Assembly: GCA_026004935.1 (NCBI GenBank)
Contig: BPKC01000001.1
Location: 1,123,491 to 1,155,490, forward strand
Source of the DNA: Rhodothalassiaceae bacterium
GTDB lineage: Bacteria; Pseudomonadota; Alphaproteobacteria; Sphingomonadales; Rhodothalassiaceae
Length of the DNA: 32,000 nt
Direction of reading: 5' to 3'
Shown here: one piece after another, positions 27,051 to 32,000 of the stretch
Layout: each line of letters opens with the position of its first letter
How positions within the stretch are numbered: position 1 is the stretch's first letter
Translations under genes and position numbers: made by a program
The notes under the pieces: model-generated
What the model saw: the letters and a program-made list of their open reading frames with translations, nothing else
Databases searched by the model: none
What the model was told of the DNA's origin: nothing

Positions 27051-28433
27051 ATGGGTGATCTGTTCGAGAAGGACGCCGGTGCGGGTGGCCGCGGCATGCC
27101 GCCGCCGGGCGCGCCGCTCGCCGAACGCCTGCGGCCGCGCCGGCTCGACGAGATCATCGGCCAGGAGCATCTGACGGCACCCGGCGCCCCGCTCGCCCGG
27201 ATCATCGAAGCCGGCAATCCGCCCTCGCTGCTGCTCTGGGGGCCGCCGGGCACCGGCAAGACGACGATCGCGCGTCTGCTCGCGGATCTGCCGGGCTACC
27301 GCTTTCACGCGCTGAGCGCCATCGAAAGCGGCGTGAAGGAACTCAAGGCCGTCTTCGCCGAGGCCGAGCGGCTGATCGCCGCCGGCAGCCGCCTCATGCT
27401 CTTCGTCGACGAGATTCACCGCTTCAACCGCGCCCAGCAGGACGCCTTCCTGCGCGTGGTCGAGGAGGGCGTCGTCACCCTCGTCGGCGCGACGACCGAA
27501 AACCCCGGCTTCGTGCTGAACGCGGCGCTCCTCTCGCGGCTGACCGTGCTCGTGCTGCGTCCGCTTGACGAGAAGGCGCTGGGCAAGCTGCTTCGGCGCG
27601 CCGAGGAGGCGCTCAGGGAGCCGCTGGCGCTCGGGCAGGAGGCGCGGACCGCGCTGCTGGCCATGGCCGGCGGGGATGCGCGGGCGCTGTTCAACATGGT
27701 GGAGCTCGTGGCGCGCGCCGGCGCTCATGGGGAAGGCTTCGAGACGGCGGAGGATCTCGCCCGTCTCTTCAGCCGGCGGCCGCTCGCCCACGACCGCGAC
27801 CGGGATCAGCACTACAATCTGATCTCCGCCTTCCACAAGGCGGTGCGGGGCTCTGATGTCGACGCCGCGCTCTACTGGCTCGCCCGCATGCTCGAGGCCG
27901 GCGAGGACCCGCGCTACATCGCCCGGCGCATGATCCGGATCGCGAGCGAGGACATCGGACTCGCCGCGCCCCAGGCGCTGGAGCAGGCGCTCGCGGCGGA
28001 CGCGGCCTATGAGCGGCTCGGCTCGCCGGAAGGGGAGCTCGCGCTCTTCCAGGCCGCCGTGTTTCTGGCCGGCGCACCGAAGTCGAACGCCGTCTATCGC
28101 GCGGAATCGGCCGCGCGCACGCTCGCGCGCCGCACCGCCGCTCTGCCGCCGCCGATGCACAGTCTCAACGCCCCGACGAAGCTGATGCGCGAGCTCGGCT
28201 ACGGCGCCGGCTACGCCTACGACCATGATGCGCCGGACGCCTTCGCCGGTCGCAACTACTTCCCGGACGGGTTGCCCCGCACACGGCTCTATCAGCCGAC
28301 GGACCGGGGCTTCGAGGCCCGGATCGCGGAGCGGCTCACCGAATGGGAACGCCGGCGGCGGGCGGCCGCCGAGAGCGGGGGCGCGGACAGCCGGGACGGG
28401 AAGGAAGAGGGTGACGAAAGCACGCCGGGCTGA
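27051..28433 (+). CDS. rarA: Replication-associated recombination protein A (AAA+ ATPase, MgsA/RarA family)
   Basis: 460-aa ORF with Walker [12 protein letters not shown] and Walker [11 protein letters not shown]. The conserved C-terminal region reads [28 protein letters not shown]...[20 protein letters not shown]. Confidence 0.93.
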   Translation: MGDLFEKDAGAGGRGMPPPGAPLAERLRPRRLDEIIGQEHLTAPGAPLARIIEAGNPPSLLLWGPPGTGKTTIARLLADLPGYRFHALSAIESGVKELKAVFAEAERLIAAGSRLMLFVDEIHRFNRAQQDAFLRVVEEGVVTLVGATTENPGFVLNAALLSRLTVLVLRPLDEKALGKLLRRAEEALREPLALGQEARTALLAMAGGDARALFNMVELVARAGAHGEGFETAEDLARLFSRRPLAHDRDRDQHYNLISAFHKAVRGSDVDAALYWLARMLEAGEDPRYIARRMIRIASEDIGLAAPQALEQALAADAAYERLGSPEGELALFQAAVFLAGAPKSNAVYRAESAARTLARRTAALPPPMHSLNAPTKLMRELGYGAGYAYDHDAPDAFAGRNYFPDGLPRTRLYQPTDRGFEARIAERLTEWERRRRAAAESGGADSRDGKEEGDESTPG

Positions 28434-28442
28434 CCGGCGGTT

Positions 28443-29390
28443 CTACTTCACGTATTCGAGGCCGAGCATCTGATAGTGGCTGCGGTCGTCCTGCCAGTGG
28501 GGCGAGACCTTGACGAACAGGAACAGGTGCACCGGCCGGCCGAAGATCTCGCACATCTCCTGGCGTGCCGCCTGACCGATGGCCTTGAGCATCCGCCCGC
28601 CGCGGCCGATCACGATCTTCTTCTGCGATTCGCGGGCCACGTGGATCACCTGATGGATGACGATGTGGCCGTTCGGCTGCTCCTCGAAACTCTCGGTCTC
28701 CACCGCGATCTCGTAGGGCAGCTCCTGATGCAGTCTCAGATAGATCTTCTCGCGCGTGATCTCCGCCGCCATGACGCGGTTCGTCACGTCCGTGATCTGG
28801 TCCGGCGGATAGAGGAAGGGGCCGGGTGGCAGGCTCTCGGCCAGGTAATCCTTGAGATCGATGAGGCCGTCGCCGGTGACGGCCGAGATCATGAAGATGC
28901 GCTTGAACAGCCCCGTCTCGTCGAGGCGCTTCGCCTGTTCCAGCAGCACGGGCTTTTTCACGAGGTCGATCTTGTTGAGGGCCGCGATCACCGGCCGGTC
29001 GAGCTGCTTGAGGCCGTCGAGAATCAGCGTCACCTCCTCGTCATCGAGCCCGCGGGCGGCATCGATCACGAGCACGATCTCGTCCGCCTCCCGGGCGCCG
29101 GCCCAGGCGGCCTCGACCATCGCGCGGTCGAGGCGCTTGCGCGGGGTGAAGATGCCCGGCGTGTCGACGAAGATGAGCTGGGCGTTGCCGTGCATCGCGA
29201 TCCCGCGCAGACGCATTCGGGTCGTCTGCACCTTCGGGGTGACGATCGCCACCTTCTCGCCGACCAGCGCATTGAGCAGGGTCGACTTGCCGGCGTTCGG
29301 GGCGCCGATGAGCGCGACGAACCCCGCCCGCGTGTCCGGGCCCGGTGCGGGACCCGCCGCCTTCTCTCCGTTCCCGCCCGCCGCTCTCAT
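28443..29390 (-). CDS. era: GTPase Era
   Basis: MRAAGGNGEKAAGPAPGPDTRAGFVALIGAPNAGKSTLLNALVG...DTPGIF...NKIDL... plus a C-terminal KH-like region. I chose the ATG at 29390 inside track ORF 28443..29642. It forms an ATGA overlap with the rnc stop and is preceded by GGAAGAGGAAGA. Confidence 0.93.
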   Translation of the reverse strand: MRAAGGNGEKAAGPAPGPDTRAGFVALIGAPNAGKSTLLNALVGEKVAIVTPKVQTTRMRLRGIAMHGNAQLIFVDTPGIFTPRKRLDRAMVEAAWAGAREADEIVLVIDAARGLDDEEVTLILDGLKQLDRPVIAALNKIDLVKKPVLLEQAKRLDETGLFKRIFMISAVTGDGLIDLKDYLAESLPPGPFLYPPDQITDVTNRVMAAEITREKIYLRLHQELPYEIAVETESFEEQPNGHIVIHQVIHVARESQKKIVIGRGGRMLKAIGQAARQEMCEIFGRPVHLFLFVKVSPHWQDDRSHYQMLGLEYVK

Positions 29391-30181
29391 GTCTTCCTCT
29401 TCCGCTTCCGGGACGCCCGCCCGCGGGTGCCGGAGCGGCCGGCTCCGGCCTCTTCCTCCTGCACCCGCGCGAGAAGCCGCCGGGCGGCCTCCTGCTCGGC
29501 CGCGCGCTTGGAGCCGGCCTCGCCGCGCGCCACGCCCCGGCCGGCAAGCCGGGCCTCGACCACGAAGCGGGGCGCGTGATCCGGACCCGACTGCTCGATG
29601 AGCACATATTCCGGCGGCGCGATGCGCCGGGCGTGGGCCCATTCCTGAAGGGCGGATTTGGGATCGCGCAGCAGGGCCGCGTTCTGGTCGATCCGGCCCT
29701 TCCAGTGGCGGCGCACGAAGCGGCTTGCCGTCTTCAGCCCGCCGTCCAGGTAGAGCGCCGCAACCAGCGCCTCCATCACGTCGGCCAGCACGTTCGGCAG
29801 ATGCTGCACCCCGGCCTCGCGTGCGCTCTGCGCGACGCGGATGAGCGCGCCGAGCCCCAGCTCCTCGCCGATCTCGGCCAGCGTTTCCTTGCGCACCAGC
29901 GCAGTGAGCCGGCGATTGAGCGCGCCCTCGCTCTCTTCCGGAAACCGCTCATAGAGCCAGCGCGCGATGACGAGGCCGAGCACGCGGTCGCCCAGGAACT
30001 CCAGGCGTTCGTAGTGGTCCGCGCCCTCGCAGCTCGGATGCGTGAGGGCCGCGCGCGCGAGCGCCGGGTCGCGAAAGCGATGGCCCGTCAGCTTCGCCAC
30101 CGCGGTAATAAACGGCTCGTCCGCACCGGCCTTTGCGTGCGGCGCGCCGCGCCTTTCCGTCGCCGGGGTCCGGGCGGGCAT
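29387..30181 (-). CDS. rnc: Ribonuclease III
   Basis: 264-aa ORF with the RNase III signature ERLEFLGDRVLGLVIA and a dsRNA-binding region (DPKSALQEWA...PEYVLIEQSGPDHAPRFVVEARL...GSKRAAEQEAARRLL). It ends in a basic tail, RASRKRKRKT. Confidence 0.94.
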   Translation of the reverse strand: MPARTPATERRGAPHAKAGADEPFITAVAKLTGHRFRDPALARAALTHPSCEGADHYERLEFLGDRVLGLVIARWLYERFPEESEGALNRRLTALVRKETLAEIGEELGLGALIRVAQSAREAGVQHLPNVLADVMEALVAALYLDGGLKTASRFVRRHWKGRIDQNAALLRDPKSALQEWAHARRIAPPEYVLIEQSGPDHAPRFVVEARLAGRGVARGEAGSKRAAEQEAARRLLARVQEEEAGAGRSGTRGRASRKRKRKT

Positions 30182-31075
30182 CTAGGACGCCGCCGCCGGC
30201 CGGGTCCTGCCGGGCATTTCGTCGGCGGCGCGTGCGGGGCGCAGGCTGGTCAGCAGCCGGTTCCAGCGGATCGCGGTGAACCAGCTCACCGGGTTCCACC
30301 AGCGCGCGCTGCCGTCGGTGGAAAAGATGATGAACTCGGCCCGGCCCACGAGATTCTCCGCCGGCACGAAACCGACGCCGATGGAGCGCGGCCGCCGGCT
30401 GTCCGCCGAATTGTCGCGGTTGTCGCCCATCATGAAGTAGTGGCCGGGCGGCACGGTGAAGACGCGGGTGTTGTCGCCTGGGCCCTGGGGCTCGAGGTCG
30501 AGCGTCATGTAGCTGACGCCATTGGGCAGCGTCTCACGGTACTGCGGATAGCGGCACCAGCGGCGGCCCTGGCTGTCCTCCTCCTGCATGAACTGCGGAC
30601 AGCGGTTGTAGGGGCTGACGCGCACCCTGAAATCCGCGACATGCTCGCGTCTGACCGGCTCGCCGTTGATGAAGAGCTGGCCGCCGATCATCTGGATGCG
30701 GTCGCCCGGCAGGCCGATCACCCGCTTGATGTAGTCGGTGCGGCCGTCGCGCGGCAGCTTGAAGACGACGACATCTCCGCGCTCCGGGGCCCTCCCGAAG
30801 ATGCGGCCCTCGAACAGCGGCGGGCTGAAGGGAAAGGAATGGCGCGAGTAGCCGTAGGAATACTTGCTGACCGCCAGATAGTCGCCGATCATCAGCGTCG
30901 GCAGCATGGACTCGGAGGGGATGTTGAAGAGCTCGACGAGGAAGCTGCGGATCCCGACCGACGCGATCACGGCGATGACGAGAACGGTCACGAGCTCGCG
31001 CAGCCAGTGGCCGAGCCCGGTGCCCTCGGCCGCCGCCTCGCCTTCGCCGGTCCGCGCTTGGCTTCGTTCCCGCAT
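30182..31075 (-). CDS. lepB: Signal peptidase I
   Basis: MRERSQARTGEG...WLRELVTVLVIAVIASVGIRSFLVELFNIPSESMLPTL...YIKRVIGLPGD...GDNRDNSADSR, including the catalytic Ser and Lys boxes. I chose the ATG at 31075 inside track ORF 30182..31549; the upstream part of that ORF is non-coding-like. The TAG stop directly abuts the rnc ATG. Confidence 0.92.
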   Translation of the reverse strand: MRERSQARTGEGEAAAEGTGLGHWLRELVTVLVIAVIASVGIRSFLVELFNIPSESMLPTLMIGDYLAVSKYSYGYSRHSFPFSPPLFEGRIFGRAPERGDVVVFKLPRDGRTDYIKRVIGLPGDRIQMIGGQLFINGEPVRREHVADFRVRVSPYNRCPQFMQEEDSQGRRWCRYPQYRETLPNGVSYMTLDLEPQGPGDNTRVFTVPPGHYFMMGDNRDNSADSRRPRSIGVGFVPAENLVGRAEFIIFSTDGSARWWNPVSWFTAIRWNRLLTSLRPARAADEMPGRTRPAAAS

Positions 31076-31141
31076 CGTCTCGCCCCTGAAGGCCGCACAC
31101 TGACGCCCGCCTGCGGGGTCTTTCCCGCACCGGCCCTCAGG

Positions 31142-31170
31142 CTTTAGGCAGGATCGGCCGGCAACTTCAA
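31142..31170 (-). promoter_or_regulatory. Candidate promoter of the lepB-rnc-era operon
   Basis: On the - strand: TTGAAG, a 17-nt spacer, then CTAAAG. It lies ~65 nt upstream of the lepB ATG. A promoter must exist in this divergent 259-nt spacer. Confidence 0.3.
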
Positions 31171-31225
31171 GACCCGCCGCTTCCGGCATCGCGGCCGCCT
31201 GCCGCGGGAGGGCCGCATGAGAGCC

Positions 31226-31254
31226 CTTGATTTTTGCCCGCCGCCCCCATAGGG
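31226..31254 (+). promoter_or_regulatory. Candidate promoter of rpmF
   Basis: TTGATT, a 17-nt spacer, then TAGGGT (or N16-ATAGGG). It lies ~80 nt upstream of the rpmF ATG. Confidence 0.3.
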
Positions 31255-31334
31255 TCCCGCCGCGATTCGCGCCGGCCGGCGGCATGCCGGCAGGGCGCTG
31301 GAATTCATAGCAGAACGAGACAGGACGCGTTCCG

Positions 31335-31517
31335 ATGGCGGTACCGAAAAAGAAAGTGTCGCGCATGCGGCGCAACAACCGGCGCAGCCACCATGCGCTC
31401 AAGCCCATCAATGTCGCCGAGGATCCCCATACCGGCGAATTCGTCCGCCGGCACCACGTCGATCTGAAGACGGGGATGTATCGCGGCCGCCAGGTGATCG
31501 AGCCCAAGGGCAGCTGA
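31335..31517 (+). CDS. rpmF: 50S ribosomal protein L32 (form without Cys)
   Basis: 60-aa [61 protein letters not shown]. This is the typical L32 N-terminus and core. Confidence 0.93.
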   Translation: MAVPKKKVSRMRRNNRRSHHALKPINVAEDPHTGEFVRRHHVDLKTGMYRGRQVIEPKGS

Positions 31518-31563
31518 TCGCCGCGCGCGCATCGCTCCCGAGGCAGCATGGTTCGCGCATGTC

Positions 31564-31592
31564 GCCGCCCGTTCCGATGAGCGGGCGGTTTG
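31564..31592 (+). terminator. Stem-loop with a short T-run after rpmF, lying between the convergent rpmF and tRNA-Leu genes
   Basis: GCCGCCCGTTC-CGAT-GAGCGGGCGGT forms ~11 bp including two G-U pairs. It is followed by TTGCG. It starts 47 nt after the rpmF stop. Confidence 0.45.
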
Positions 31593-31626
31593 CGCGTGAA
31601 TGCTTCGGCCTCGGAGAGACGGCAGG

Positions 31627-31713
31627 TGGTGCCCCCGGTCCGACTCGAACGGACACGGCCTTGCGGCCACCAGATTTTGAGTCTGGCGCGTCTACCAGTT
31701 CCGCCACGGGGGC
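31627..31713 (-). tRNA. tRNA-Leu, anticodon CAA, with encoded CCA
   Basis: The reverse complement reads GCCCCCG-TG-GCGGAACTGGTAGACGC-G-CCAGA-CTCAAAA-TCTGG-TGGCCGCAAGGCCGT-GTCCG-TTCGAGT-CGGAC-CGGGGGC-A-CCA. It has a 7-bp acceptor stem, anticodon loop CT-CAA-AA, a long class II variable arm and a TTCGAGT T-loop. The whole molecule is 87 nt. Confidence 0.93.
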
Positions 31714-31729
31714 AGGGGCGACGGCCTCG

Positions 31730-31758
31730 CCATAGGCGATGCGCCGGGAATCCGTCAA
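31730..31758 (-). promoter_or_regulatory. Candidate promoter of tRNA-Leu
   Basis: On the - strand: TTGACG, a 17-nt spacer, then CTATGG. The -10 ends 16 nt before the mature tRNA 5' end. Confidence 0.5.
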
Positions 31759-31856
31759 GCGGGCGGGCCGTCGGTGCCGCCTCTTGCCTGGCGCGCCATC
31801 CTCGGCCACAAGCGCGGGGCGATCGGGTTCCGCGCAGGGCGGAAGGAAGGGCTCGC

Positions 31857-32000
31857 GTGCTGCGCCGGCTTTACGACTGGACGATGACGAAGGCGGCGAG
31901 TCCGCATGCGCCCATGTGGCTCGCCTTCGTTTCCTTTCTCGAATCCAGCGTCTTTCCCATACCGCCCGACGTCATGCTGCTGCCGATGGGGCTCGCCCGG
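31857..32000 (+). CDS. Inner-membrane protein, YqaA/DedA (SNARE-associated) family, N-terminal part (3' end lies outside the window)
   Basis: The frame is open from the GTG at 31857 to the window end: (M)LRRLYDWTMTKAASPHAPMWLAFVSFLESSVFPIPPDVMLLPMGLAR. GC3-rich codons and GGAAGGAAGG upstream support it. From memory, the ESSxFPIPPDV motif is characteristic of this family. It is too short and truncated to appear in the ORF track. Confidence 0.55.
   Translation, partial: MLRRLYDWTMTKAASPHAPMWLAFVSFLESSVFPIPPDVMLLPMGLAR

Noticed and set aside
23733-28226. A 1497-aa ORF on the - strand spanning the antisense of rpoA, rplQ, the protease gene and rarA. Similar giant antisense ORFs occur at 1482..5444 (1320 aa), 7581..9794 (737 aa), 13920..15959 (679 aa), 20033..22042 (669 aa), 9709..11370 and 11079..12677.
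   Set aside because: They lie exactly opposite strongly supported housekeeping genes and run through intergenic spacers. Their translations are Arg/Ala/Gly/Pro/Leu/Asp low-complexity strings with no recognisable motifs. Stop codons are rare in the antisense frames of GC3-rich genes, so this is a classic high-GC artefact.

Overview
This window is a very GC-rich, almost fully coding stretch of core bacterial chromosome. It holds the translation and transcription supercluster in an arrangement typical of Alphaproteobacteria. On the + strand it reads: rpoB (3' part), rpoC, then a ~0.78 kb non-coding spacer. After that come rpsL-rpsG-fusA-tuf (str), rpsJ-rplC-rplD-rplW-rplB-rpsS-rplV-rpsC-rplP-rpmC-rpsQ (S10) and rplN-rplX-rplE-rpsN-rpsH-rplF-rplR-rpsE-rpmD-rplO-secY-adk (spc). 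The strand continues with rpsM-rpsK-rpoA-rplQ (alpha), a periplasmic HtrA/DegP-family protease, and rarA. The strand then switches to a lepB-rnc-era operon on the - strand. The window ends with a stand-alone rpmF (+), tRNA-Leu(CAA) (-) and the 5' end of a YqaA/DedA-like membrane protein gene (+). I found no mobile elements, CRISPR arrays, rRNA genes, defence-type or other accessory genes, and no evidence of a novel multi-gene system. Every long ORF that is not a recognisable housekeeping gene lies antisense to, or out of frame with, one of these genes and looks like a high-GC artefact. Four things deserve a second look. (1) The long rpoC-rpsL spacer has a near-consensus promoter about 540 nt upstream of rpsL and no credible ORF. 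(2) tuf has a sharply bounded codon-usage anomaly: GCG/ACG/GTG/CTG are used almost exclusively until about 110 nt before the stop, which suggests a recombination or gene-conversion tract. (3) A 24-bp near-perfect palindrome sits in the rpsM leader. (4) An extended hairpin sits in the unusually long rpsM-rpsK spacer. All promoter, terminator and hairpin calls come from reading the sequence by eye; no folding or database search was run.
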